64,000 nt of DNA from Azolla caroliniana (GCA_043228905.1 JBHGNT010000015.1:10230001-10294000), one strand, 5' to 3'; numbered from the stretch's first letter, positions 49,599-62,900 are shown. Notes: generated by a model not told the origin, from the letters alone. Translations and numbers: made by a program.

Positions 49599-51882
49599 CT
49601 AATAGTGAACCTCTTGAGGAACCTTGTAGACAATGTTGTATCCCTTAACCTTGTGCTTTGCTTGAGTCATATTGAACTTGATCGCAAGAATGGCAGCTGT
49701 GTATATTATTGCGATCAGTGCATCTTTTAGTAATGCATATGTGTTCTTGCACTGCGGCAACTTTGCACAATAGTTTCCATACACGACAGACTCACCTGTG
49801 TTGAACATGTTGCCCCATCCATCCCTTACCACTGAATCTTTCAATAATATCTTTCCTTGCTTGCACACGACAATGTACTAGTCTTCTAAATCTTCATTTT
49901 GAGGAGATTTGATCACTGCAAAATGATCTCCGACTTCCAATAAAATTGCCAAGTCTTGATATTGGTTGTAGTATACAATATCGTTTGAATGTGCATCCTC
50001 TTCAATATCATCTTGTCGTTGAGGCTCAAGCTTCTGCAACTTCCAGGGCTCCACGATTGATAGGTTGATGCATTTATCCCAAGCTTCATCTATACACATG
50101 GAACAAAAGCATGATAAAGTACGGAGTAACAATTCTGTTGTGTCCTTGCGGCTAAACCCTAATACACAATGGGTGCTTCGTGTGCCTTTCACGGTTTTAC
50201 AACCATATGATTTAGTTCTATCGACCTCATCAGCGCGAACCTCAACAAACAATCTGTTCTTACCATCATTTGACATCTTCCATGTTAGCCACTCCACAAC
50301 ATCATGTGCATTTTGTAACTTAGCACCATTATTATCCAGCTGCTCACTTGTAAGGGCACGTTTGATCACAACCCCCACGCCATCATGCTCTCCTTTTCCA
50401 TGTCCAGACCCGAAGTAGTTCCATTGCATACGAATGTTGAATATGGAGAAGTATCTGCTTTTGTATCCCAAGTTTCTAACAAACATTAGTACTATGTTGT
50501 CAATCGAGAGTACTATACATCCATTAATATTGATTTAGTACAAATACAAAACAAAGCATAGCACAACGTATCCATGGAGAACACTCTACACTGATTAAAA
50601 GATAAATAGTACTATGTTGTCAACCATCTATACTTAGCATCCATTAATACTAATTTAGTACGGATACAATACAAAGCATAGTACAATATGTTCATGGAAA
50701 ACACTCTACATGTATTAAAAGATAATTAGTACAAACTCTTCAATATTGAACAACACTATGGTGCTGACGACGAGTACTTTACATCCATTAATACTGATTT
50801 AGTACAGATAAAACACACAGTACAGTACAATGTGTCCATAGAGAACACAACATGGATTAAAAGATAATTTAGTACAAATTCTTCAATATAGGACAGTACT
50901 ATGAGTACAAGACATGTACTTTACATCCTTCAATAAATACTGATTTAGTATAGATACAACACACAGTACAATATAGTGTGTCCATGGAGAACACTCAACA
51001 TGGATTAAAAGATAATTAGTACTAACTCTTAAGGACGGACAATACTGTGAGTACAAGACGAGTACTTTACATCCTTCAATAAATACTGATTTAGTGCAGA
51101 TACAACACACAGTACAATATAGTGTGTCCATGGAGAACACTCAACATGGATTAAAAGATAATTAGTACAAACTCTTAAGAATGGACAATATTATGAGTAC
51201 AAGACGAGTACTTTACATCCTTCAATAAATACTGATTTAGTACAAATACAACACAGTACAATGTGTCTATCGAGAACACTTCACATGGATTAAAAGATAA
51301 TAAACACAGATCCACGTGACAGAATGGTACTATGTGATCAATCAAGAACACTTAACATAGTTACAAACATAATTAGTATGCATGCACTAGCACAAGGCTT
51401 ACTTCCTTAGACATTGCATTATAAGTACTAAACATATGGATTAAAAATTACCTAGTGATAAAGTAGAACGATCTTGCCACCTTAAACTGCGAGGCAGCAC
51501 CATCAGACCAAAGCCAATGACAGTTAAAGCTAAACCCTAGAGACAATAAATCTGCATGGTGAAGCTTAAAACAATGTTGAACAAGTAGTTTAAATGTATA
51601 GTTTTGTACAGAGTCAATAACGGATACGATGACATTCGTTGGTAAGTTATTAATACTTTCCTTGAACTGTGAATTTTGCCAATAACTCCGGAAGTTATGT
51701 GGAATGAAATCCCCAAGTTGTTTCTTAAATTCTGAGAGAAGGGTAGCAGCACATGTCTCCTTATATACTTCCTTGATACGCTTAGTTACAAGTCCCTGGC
51801 CAATATTTTCAGTCACATACTCTAAATATTTCCATTTCACAATATGACAACTCACTCTCGTTGGGGATCCCCATTTGGTCAC
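49599..51882 (-). pseudogene. Intron-containing DDE transposase remnant
   Basis: WSDGAASQFK, WNYFGSGHGKGEHDGVGVVIKR, CFCSMC, VIDSVQNY (DFAENY-like). Confidence 0.7.
50490..51300. repeat. ~125-bp AT-rich tandem repeat in the transposase intron
   Basis: TACTGATTTAGTAC..CCATGGAGAACAC..GATTAAAAGATAATTAGTAC repeated ~6 times. Confidence 0.8.
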
Positions 51883-52112
51883 TAGATTTATCCAAAAAAA
51901 TTAAGTGTCTTGCGAGAGTAGTTAATGTTATATAGACTACACTAAGAAATCACAATCAAATGTTTTTAAATGAGGCTTGCAAAGTGAGAAATAATTCATT
52001 TTGGAATTAGAATTACAGATCAAAGATGACAATTAGCATTTCTTTATTCACAACTTTCTAAAAATGAAAAAGTTTAGTACTGAAAATGAAAAAATAGTTC
52101 TGAAATTTAGTA

Positions 52113-52560
52113 TTGGAAAGGAACCTCCAATGGTGGAGGGAGCGTTCAATCTGTGTGATATGCCGCCTCGATTTGGTGGAATGAACCTCCAATGGTGGAA
52201 GGAGTGTTGAATTTGTGTGATATGCCGCCTCGATTTGGTGGAAGGAACCTCCAATGGTGGAGGGAGCGTTGAATCTGTGTGATATGCCGCCTCGAATTGG
52301 TGGAAGGAACCTCCAATGGTGGAGGGAGTGTTGAATCTGTGTGATATGCCACCTCCATTTGGTGGAAGGAACCTCCAATGGTGGAGGGAGCGTTGAATCT
52401 ATGTGATATGCCACCTCGATTTGGTGGAATGAACCTCTGATGGTGGAGGGAGCCTTGAATCTGTGTGATATGCCGCCTCGATTTGGTGGAAGGAACCTCC
52501 AATGGTGGAGGGAGCGTTGAATCTGTGTGATATGCCACCTCAATTCGGTGGAAGGATCCT
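52113..52560. repeat. 62-bp minisatellite, ~7 copies
   Basis: GAACCTCCAATGGTGGAGGGAGCGTTGAATCTGTGTGATATGCCGCCTCGATTTGGTGGAAG at 52183, 52245, 52307 etc. Confidence 0.92.
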
Positions 52561-53134
52561 CGCCTTGGTGGAAAAGGCCTCAAATCACCGCGACATAAAC
52601 TGCAATTGGTGGAAGAAGCAAGCAAATCGTGCTCGAAGAAGTCACTATTGGCTGTTATAAGAGGCCTCAGAACAGTCTCTAATCCTCAACTCAAACCCTA
52701 AAACAGAAACCTAGGAAAACAATAAATCCTCAACCCAAAACCGGAAACTTGACATGGATGTCTGAGATATGCTCCCTAAACCCTAACAAACCTCTTACAT
52801 TGGAGGAAAACCAGAAACCTGACATGGATGTTTGAGCTGAAGAGCTCAGACGGATAGAGGAAGAGGGGTAAGAGTAGTTAGTTTGAGGAGAAGTGCCAAA
52901 AACGACGTGAGGGGAAAATAGCCCCCAAAATGGAAAGAACATCTCCTCACGTGTTCCCCCCTCTCCTTTTCTTAAATGAAACTTGTACTACACTCACCCC
53001 ACTCCCTAAAATCGATTTTTCTTTCTCTAATTTTTTTTCTCAATTATTTAGTCCTAACAGTATTGAAAGGACTGACATTTTTTGTGGCCAAAAACAGTAC
53101 TTTTCTGGTACACCATAGCGTGCTTCCACCTTTC

Positions 53135-54885
53135 TCGTACAACTCGTTCGGAGCATGGACCCGAATGTCGAATCGAGGCCCGGTTTCGTCGTCAGTGCAG
53201 GGGTTGCAACGAATTCGTCTGTTTATATGGGCGGCAATACCCACGAGTGCACTCGGACGAGAGATCATCTGATGATATGCCCCCAACCTCGCGGACAACC
53301 AACTGTACCCCCCAAAGGCTCGAAAGGGTTAGAGGTTCCGGGGGACGGAGGAAAGCATTGAGGCTATGGCGGTGCGGGATCCTAGGCGGCAATACCTTAG
53401 TAGATGACATCGGATTCGCCCTACCCTTCACGCCGTTGCCAGGGATCAAACCTGGGTCACCCGTGTGACAGGCGAGAATACTCACCACTATACTACAACG
53501 ACATCCTCCTGGTGAAAGTATCGATCGTACAACTCGTTCGGAGCATGGACCCGAATGTCGAAAACGAGGCTCGGTTTCTTCGTCATTGCAGGGGTTACAA
53601 CGAATTCGTCCGCTTATGGGCGGCAATACCCAGGAGTGCACTCGGACGAGAGATCATACGATGATATGCACCCGACCTCATGGACGACGGACTATACCCC
53701 CGAAAGGCTCGAAAGGGGTAGAGGATCCAGGGGAACGAGGAAAGCATCGAGGATATGGCGGTTTAGGACCCTTCGTGTCGTTGCCGGGGATCGAACCCGG
53801 GTCACCCGCGTGATAGGCGGGAATACTCACCACTATATTGCAATGACGTTCACGTGTTCGAAGTATCGATCGTACAACTCGCTCGGAGCATGGACCCGAA
53901 TGTCAAAAACGAGGCCAGGTTTCGTCTACTTATGCGCGGCAATACCCAATAGTGCACTCAGATGAGAGATCATATGATGAAATGCGCTGAACCTCGCGGA
54001 CGACAGATTCTACCCCCCAAAGGCTTGAAAGGGTTAGAGGATCCGGTGGACCGAGGAAAGCATTGAGGATATGGCGGTGCGGGATCCTAGGCGGCAATGC
54101 CTTAGTAGATGACATCGGATTCGCCCCGCCCTTTGCGCCGTTGCCGGGGATTGAACCTAGGTCACCCGCATGACAAGCGGGAATACCAGCCACTATTCTA
54201 AACCGACATGTTTGTGTTGGAAGTATCGATCATACAACTCATTCGGAGCATGGACCCGAATGTCGAAAACGAGGCTCGGTTTCGTCGTCATTGCAGGGGT
54301 TGCAACAAATTCGTCTGCTTATGGGCGGCAATACCCAGGAGTGCACTCGGGCGAGAGATCATATGATGAAATATGTTGAACCTCGTGGACAATTGACTAT
54401 ACCCACCAAGGGCTCGAAAGGGGGGGAACGAGGAAAGCATTGAGGATATGGCGGTGCGGGATCCTAGGTAGCAATGCCTTAGTAGATGACATCGGATTCT
54501 TCCCGCCCTTTGCGCCGTTGCCGCGGATCGAACCCGGGTCACCCGCATGACAGGTAGGAATACTCACAACTATACTACAATGACATGCTTGTGTTGCAAG
54601 TATCGATCGTACAACTCGTTCAGAGCATGGACCTAATGGTCGAAAACGAGGCTCGGTTTCATCATCTGTGCAGGGGTTGCAACGAGTTAGTCCGCTTATG
54701 GGCAGCAATACCCAGGAGTGCACTCGGATGAGAGATCATATGATGATATGCCCCGACCCTCGCGGACGACAGACTGTACCCCCCAAGGGCTCGAAAGGGT
54801 TAGAGGATTCGTGGGCTTGAGGAAAGCATTGAGGATATGGCGATGTGGGATCCTTGGTGGGAATGTCGAAAACGAGGCTCGGTTT
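53135..54885 (-). repeat. tRNA-Asp satellite block 3 (4 degenerate copies)
   Basis: Copies at 53431-53502, 53776-53847, 54136-54207 and 54513-54584. Confidence 0.92.
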
Positions 54886-55495
54886 AGGAACTCGATACGG
54901 CGTATCGAGTTCCTATTTAAAACTTTTGTTTTAAAGAGGAACTCGAGACAATGTATCGAGTTCCTGTATTATGTTCGTGTTTATACAGGAACTCGATACG
55001 TCGTATCGAGTTCCTGTGCACAGTTTGTGTTTTCCTGTATATAGTATTCGTTTTAAACAAGAACTCGATATGTCGTATTGTGTTCCTGTATTATGTACGT
55101 CTTTTACAGAGGAACTCGATACGGCGTATCAAGCTCATGTATTATGTTTGTGTTTTATACAGGAACTCGATACGGCGTATAAAATTCTTGTTTTATATGG
55201 GAACTCGATACACCGTATCGAGTTCCTGTGTAAAATTCTTGTTTTATACGGGAACTCGATACACCATATCGAGTTCCTGTGTAAAGCATGTGTTTTATAC
55301 AGGAACTCGATACGCCGTATCGAGTTCATGTTTAAAGTTTACGTTTTGTACAAGAACTCGATACGCCGTATCGAATTCCTGTATAAAGTATGTGTTTGAT
55401 ACATGAACTCGATACCCTGCATTGTGTTCATGTATAAACACAAACTATATACAGGAACACAATACGGCGTATTGAGTTCCTGTATAAAACACACA
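54886..55495. repeat. ~51-bp array of palindromic hairpin units (~12 copies)
   Basis: (TATACA)GGAACTCGATAC-NNN-GTATCGAGTTCC(TGTATA) separated by AT-rich linkers. Confidence 0.9.
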
Positions 55496-56075
55496 ATTTA
55501 AAGAGGAATATTGTGTCTTTGGGGCAATGATTTAGTATTGTGTGAAAAGATATCAAACTTTCTGTCAAAATCGGACTTTTTTTATGGAGATTTGCCATAT
55601 TTTGTAACAAATAAGGGCCTTAATTATAGAGGTTTTATGACCTAGTATAGCTTAAAATAGTAGAAAATAACCCACAAATTACCTTTATGATACCAAATTC
55701 AAGTCTATCATAAGCAAATTCTCTAGAATATGGATATGGAATCAATATAAGCCATACCTACCATTCAAGATAATATATATCCTTGTATACTTATTAAGAT
55801 ATATATTTTCTAAGTTTAATAGCCCTTACTAGAATGGATTTCTGAATAAAGGACTACCATGTTCACTCAATGCATGATTGATATTTATAGTATACCACAA
55901 ATCGCCTGCTAGTTTTTATCTTCGTCTAATTATGTGTATTTTAATATACAACCTTAATCTATGCGACCTTTCTTAAATAGGTCGTTTGAGAACTTGTCAG
56001 ACTGACCTGTGAAGAAGATAAAGGTCCAGATAGAGGGTTCTCCAATTGAAAGTCAGACCCTAATAGCCCGATGAC

Positions 56076-57172
56076 ATGAAGAGACGAAAAAAGCTTCTCT
56101 TCAACGAGGAGCCAAAATCTCAACCACCCAATGAGGTCATCCAAAAGAAACTATTAGCAGTTACTGGTGGTGAAGACCTTCCTAACCGTGATCTAATAGA
56201 CAAGGAATGGAGTATGCAATATGTCGACTCCAAGAAAAAAGTCGTGTTGTATACAACAAAGAAGAAGGGCGAGGGGCAGCTTGAAAATGAAACCGCATTT
56301 ATGTATGGCCGAATTCTACGATATGACTACGAAGATTCAGATTCGGCCAACATACGTGTAATGATAGAGTGCTCAAGGGGCTACGTAAAGTGTTCCTTTT
56401 TGAAGATCTTCTAGTAAAGGAATCTTGTGGGCCAGATGCTTTTAAAAAAGATCTAGAAAGCTCACAAAACCTTATTGTTACCTTGAGGCCTTATATACAA
56501 GGCCATGTAACTCTAAGGGAGCCATTGCCCTCCCTAGTAAAGGCCCCGGAAAGGGCATCTAAAGTACAATCAAGACCACCAAAAAAGAAGACCACTAAAA
56601 TGTCAGACTCCAACTCATCAAGCTCAAACGAAGATGAGGACACTAAGGGGATGCCAGGAGCTGAGCTGGTATCGGGTGTGTTGTCATCCGAGCAGAATAA
56701 GATACAGAGAGAGTTAATGCAGCGTAAACTGGTTAGGAAAGGGCAAGTGTTTAATTTGCCTATAACACACATCCATCGGCCCCCTATTGATGAAAAAACA
56801 GGACGAAGACCACTTGAGATTAGAGAGCCACACCGAATGCATGTTCAAATCTCAAGAAAAAAATGAAAATTAATCCACATGCTACCGTTGTGCCTTTTAT
56901 TGTTATGGTGGATCCTGAAGAATGTGATACCATTGAAGATTTCGATATAAGAAAGCATGATCAATATAATTACTTTGTCATTGGTGGACCGCATTCGGCG
57001 GAGGCACGTCGGCAACTGCTAAGAGAACATCCAACGACTTTCTTCTTCAAGTATGCCGACTGCAAAATTTGCGTGGGTCTCACAACTCAAGAGGCAAAGC
57101 TGTTGGCATGGAACCACAATAACGATAATGACTATAGGCAGAAAATGTCATCGATTGAGCGTATAAGGTTCT
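56076..57172 (+). pseudogene. Frameshifted gene fragment with a ParB/Srx-like motif, truncated by Copia E
   Basis: Three overlapping ORFs; YFVIGGPHSAEARRQL resembles the ParB IxGxHRxxA motif. Confidence 0.4.
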
Positions 57173-57477
57173 TGTTGAGAATCAAGCTCAACTTGGTCTA
57201 GTGTGTGAACTCACCTTAAGAGTGAATAGACACTCCAACAGTCAAGAGTCACCATTAAGTCACCTCTTTGTATTCTAGCATTTAGTATGAGTCATAGAAT
57301 CATATTCTATGACACATAACTTATGAGCTTTCACATTCCCCATGCTCCATGAGCCTTGTAGTTAATGAAGAGAGAGGGTGACTATATAAAGCACCCTCCT
57401 CCCACCTTGTATTATGTTGAGTCTTTCTCCTTTGTCAATATACTTTTACCTTGCATATTCCTTGTCTCTCTCTCTCA

Positions 57478-57510
<33 letters not shown>

Positions 57511-59923
57511 ATACACACACATAACTCATATCTCTTCCGCTTCACAAGAATCCATCTCTTGATTATTTACATCGGATCAGAGCAATTTGGTAGCTCGATC
57601 TAGCCCATTCGCCTCATCGTGATCGTGTGTTGTACTCTACGCCGACGACCAAGAACCAGCTCATAGCTATCGTAGCTTTGCTACATAGTTCGCATTCGAA
57701 GAGAGAAGAAGAAGAAGAAGAATCGACATAATGAATACTCAAATGGGGAGTGCTCTCCCTACCGAGAAGTTGGATCGAAACAACTTCGCATATTGGGAGT
57801 ACAAGATGCACCAATACCTTGTCGGACAAGGCTATTGGAGCTACGTCAAAGGAGCGCATGAAGACCGACCCGCCGAAGCGGCTCCCGGATACACGACATG
57901 GGAGCAAGCCGCAAGCCGTGTGATGTATTGTTTGGCGACATGTGTTCACGACAACATGTTCGGTTACATTCGAGAAGCCAAGACGCCGAAGGAAGCATGG
58001 GAAAATCTACGAAAGATTTTCGCCGCCAACACGACCACGAGGAAGCTGCAACTCCGCCAAGAGTTGAACAACATTCAACCACGAGGACCACGACATACAC
58101 CTTAAAGATCAAGGAGCTTTGCGACTCAGTCGGCTCAATAAGTGTAAGTATAGATGATGATGAGATGGTGCAAATATGCCTCGGCAGCCTCGCACCACGG
58201 TTCGGCGCGATGCAAACCGCCGTTCTAGCACGGGAGAAATCTCCCTCCTTCGTCGAGCTCCAATCAATGCTATTGGTCAAAGAAAACCACGTGCATACAA
58301 GGAGCAATGAGTCGGAAGGCCACATGCTCAACACGCACTCTAATGGAGGAAGAGGACGCGAACGAGCGAGAGGACATGGACATGGCGGACGAGGTCCGAC
58401 CTACGACAACAACTCCCAGCTTCGGCTGCAAAACGGAGGCCAACGAGGAACCTTCGCAAGAAGGGGGAGCTTCCACTCCGGCCCAAGCCGTCAAAACGCA
58501 ATCGAATGTGGATATTGCGGAAAGCTCGGCCACCACGAAGAAGAGTGCTGAAAGAAGATGCGTGAATCGGCTTCCACAAGCCGACAACTCACGAATTACG
58601 CACACAACTCCAACTACGAAGATCGTGGCAGAATGTATGCGCACAACTCCAACTATGAAGATCGTGGCAGAATGTATGCGCACAACTCTGACCGTGACGA
58701 AATGTACGGGCACAACTCCGACTACGAAAATCGTGGCGGAATGTATGCGCACAACTCCGACTGTGGCGGAATGTTCATAATGAAACATAGAGCAAACTCT
58801 ATGTCGGCCGCTACCTCAACTAGTGCCTCCGGTCCGGAAGACGTATGGTTCATCAATTCCGGTGCCTCGAACCATATGATGTCGCATCAAGAATGATTCC
58901 GAGAACTTCGAGAGCCGGACCGACCCAGCTATGTCAAAACTGGAGACGACACTACGCACCCGATTCGGCACATTGGCAATGTTCCATTCGGAAAAGAAGG
59001 TAAGCAAAATTACATTAAAAATGTCTTGCATGTACCAACCATTATGAAGAATTTGGTCTCTGTCGGCCAAATTGTAGAGCAAGGGATGCAAGTTCGATTT
59101 AATCAAGGTGGTTGCTTCATCGAAAAAGAGGGCCGACTCATCGCACGCGGACGAAGAGAGGGCCGGATGTTCATTCTCGATTCACGCGAGATGAAATCCA
59201 CCATATTCGCGGAAAACACGAAAGACGACTCTGACATAGAGCTATGGCACAAGCGAATCAGCCACATCAATCTCAACAAACTCAAAGCAATGAAATCGAA
59301 AGGAGTTGTCATCGGACTCCCGACATTCAAAGAGACGGAGATTGAAGGTGTATGCGAAGTGTGCCAATTCGGCAAGCAACACCAACACCCATTCCCGAAA
59401 GAGCGGAACGTGAGCAAAGGTCTACTCGACGTAGTCCATTCCGATGTATGGGGACCGGCGCAAACGGCTACATTCGGCGGATGCCGATATTACGTGCTCT
59501 TCATCGACGACTTCTCTAGGCACACTTGGATCTACCCGATGCGGCAAAAGAGCGAAGTGTTCGGACACTTCCAAAATTTCAAGAATGAAGTCGAGAAAGT
59601 CACGGGCCGACATGTACGATGCCTTCGATCAGATGGCAGCAAGCAGTACTTCTCGGACGATTTCACGGCGTATCTCCGAAAGGAAGGAATTCGGCGAGAA
59701 TTCACTTGCCGACACACTCCGCAACAAAACGGAGTAACTGAGCGCAAAAATCGGCACATCCTCGAAGTAGCGCGGGCCATGATGAATGAGAAGCATATGC
59801 CCAAGTCATATTGGGCCGAAGCTGCAAATACGGCCGTCTACCTAATGAACCGGTGCACAACATCCGGCGTGCACGAGGTCACTCCGCACGAAAAATACTT
59901 CGGAAAGAAGCCGCACTTATCGT
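57173..59923 (+). mobile_element. Copia element E (5' LTR 57173-57571, gag-PR-INT), interrupted by Gypsy F
   Basis: Decayed Met PBS TCGGATCAGAGC; gag LPTEKLDRNNF as in D; CGYCGKLGHHEEEC; WFINSGASNHM; INT HSDVWGP..TPQQNGVTERKNR. Confidence 0.92.
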
Positions 59924-62900
59924 TGTTACCGGCCGGCAAAGGTGTCCAGAGTGTGAAACGGGGAGTTATTTAATTGTTAGGAATGGTTGTAAGTAAGCTA
60001 TGAGTGTGGACGGACGGACTGGAATCGGTATGCCGTTCCGGATCCGGACCGATCCCGAACAGGTGCGGATGGCACCGTTTTGTACTACAGATCGGAAACC
60101 TATTTAAAGGCCTGGATACAATGTAATGAGTAGCAGTTAATTAATAAAGCTTAGTGTTTTTATCTCTCTGTGTTAATTGTCGTTCTGCATTCATTATTAA
60201 GGATGATCTTACTAAGTAGCCTAATTAAGTCGGATTAATTGTTGATTCTAATCCTCCTGCCGTAACACCCCTTTGGTGAAGTGTCTTCTGTAGACACCCT
60301 GTGTTAGGCCATTGTCCGGCCCTAAGAGTTAACACAATTTTTGGCGACCACGATTCCTGTTTTTGCAGCGAACCACGGCACGGATGGATGACTAGATCAA
60401 CACACGACCTGGTTACAGATCGAACTCAACGCCTTGCCAAAAGGCAAAGGAGACGTGAGGCTTTCCAGCAAACGGCGCAGGAAATTAGAGCAGATCGCTC
60501 ATTTTCCAACGTAATCCGGAGAGTAGCGGAGGACTCCCTCTGGTTACAGCAAACATCGCACCTGGACGACGGCAGCAGCCTAAGCAGCCTCCGGGAAACC
60601 AAATCCCTTCTCTAGGCGTTGGCAAACGAAGAAGGCGAAGCAGAAGCCTTTTCAGCGTATGAATCGGATTCCGAAGGGGAATACAGCGTGCACACGAACT
60701 ACCGTAGCAGCAACGAAACCCCGGGCGGACCGAAGGACGAAGGATCAGACACCTTACCGACACCGGAACCGGAAGTGCTAAGGCTGGAACCTCCGGAACC
60801 AGCAGAGGAAGAGCGACCTCCGACACCGGAAGTCGAAGAGGAGAGGCCTCCATCACCAAAAGAAGAGGAAAGACCACCGACGCCGGAAACAAATCAAGAA
60901 AGACCACCGACGCCAGAGAAAATCCAGGAACGACCACCAACACTGCCAGCCCGCGCACCGATACCGGACGACGACATGCCGTTCCAATACTCCAAGTATA
61001 GAGATGATCCGGACGCGGAAGTTCATGTTCACGCCTTTGAACAGACATGGGAAGCAAACCATGTGTCCCAGTGATTGACCCCGGAGGAAGAGGAACGCTC
61101 TAAGATAGCGGAATTTGGCGTCACATTGGAGGGACCGGCAGCAAGATGGCACCGGACGCAGGACCCGTCTACCATCACCACCTTTGCAGATTTAAAAGCT
61201 AAATTCTTGCATTTTTTCCAAAAGGAGGTGGACCAGACAGTAATGATGGGCTTATTTTATACCATTTGACAGGAGGCAGGGGAGAGCATTCCCCAATTTG
61301 TCATCCGGTTTCAACGGATGCATAGTCAGCTTGCCCGCGCATCCCCGGAGGAGGAATTACGGACTATATTCCTAAATGCGCTCCGGGAACCCCTACGCAC
61401 GGTTTGCACGGTAATTGACTTCCGCACAAGTACCATCGACCAGGTCATTGACCGGGTGAGAGAGAATGAAAGACAAGCTCCTGGCTCACACTGGGAGCAC
61501 TCCAACGGGCGTTACCGTCCGATGAAGACCTCCGGTTTTGGCAAGCAATACAGTGCACAACCTGCTTGAATTCCGGACACTCGGCACTAGAATGCATTAT
61601 GAGGACACAATGTGTAATCTGTCAATCCAAGGGCCATACGACGGATAGGTGCGAGTATAATCTATTGAACCGGCAAGCACCACCCGTCTGACAAATAGAG
61701 CCACGCAGCAGCCGGGATGAAGAAGAGGAACGTTGGCAGCGAATGGACCGCGACCGACCGGCACAGGATGTCTGGTATGGCGATCGACGGGAGAATGATG
61801 TTCGGTACGGTGATCGGCGGGATAACTATGACCGGCAGGATAGATATGATCAGTACCGGGATTACAATAGACGATACGAACATTACGACCGGGAGCACTC
61901 CCCCGGGTATCGTCAGCAACGGGAGGAATACGGTAGATATAATGACCAACCCCATCAAGAGTACCGCAATAAGAAGAACTATAACAAAAAATGGCATTTC
62001 AAAAAAGGCCCACGGGATCTGGAACAAGGAGCTTCAAGCAGCCAACCGGCCCAAAACCCCGCGCTTACCACGGGACCTGCCTCGGGTACAACAGATAATG
62101 CCGAAACTAGCAATACCCGGAAAGCCTACTACTACTACTGCCGACAGGAAGGCCATTATAGTAATTAATGCTAGGTGAAGAGCTATGACAAATGACCGGC
62201 AATAAATATGGTAGTCCCTGAAGTGGCAGATCTGTAGTAGGTGACCACAAGGTCGAAGGGCATGGCCAAGGAATGGGAGACGCAGGAGACCATCCAGAAG
62301 CAAGCGACGGAATGGGTGAAAAAAGCAAACGAGCAAAATGTCACAGACTTACAGCGGCAAAAGGAGAATACCGTAGGGCTTGTCGGCGGCAGTCACTCCG
62401 AGAACGAGACATGGCTAGCGTTGCAAGAATGCCAGATTACGCTGCCACTAGGAAGACTCCTACAGCTCGTGCCAAGATTCACGGAAGAACTGAAGATGGC
62501 CATGACGGCAGGAAAATCATCACCGGCACCGGTACTCTTCTCAAATCCGGAGGAGGGACCAACGGTGGTGGACACCAACAGTCCGGTAATCACTGCCATT
62601 GTAAAAGGGAAAGAACTCCCCAGCACAGTTATAGACACAGGCTCCGGGGTGAATGTAATAAGCCTCCGGACGTGTGATGCCCTGGGAGTTACGGCAAACG
62701 GAGGAAGCGTTGGAACGGGAAATGGCCGTTTCACAGCGTGTAAAAGCGTCGCAACTTGAAGAGGTGAACCTAGGGACCACGGACGAAGCAAAACCGGTGC
62801 ACATCGCCAAGGAGATGAAGTTCAAAGAAAAAACGGCGATGATCACACTTCTCACGGAATTTCGCGACATGTTCGCCTGGTCATACGAAGACATGCGAGG

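Larger units (their letters stand above)
39415..53122 (-). mobile_element. Putative large DNA transposon (CAC-ended, CMC/EnSpm-like) containing the chromovirus
   Basis: Imperfect TIRs CATGCTACCGTGACCA (39415) and CACGCTATGGTGTACCA (reverse complement, ending 53122). Internal DDE transposase remnants; satellite on both sides; no TSD seen. Confidence 0.45.

Noticed and set aside
52058-52625. Repeat proteins from the 62-bp minisatellite
   Set aside because: The unit is not a multiple of 3; the frames rotate.
54886-55495. CRISPR array
   Set aside because: Linkers are short, AT-rich and similar to each other; there are no cas genes and the context is eukaryotic.
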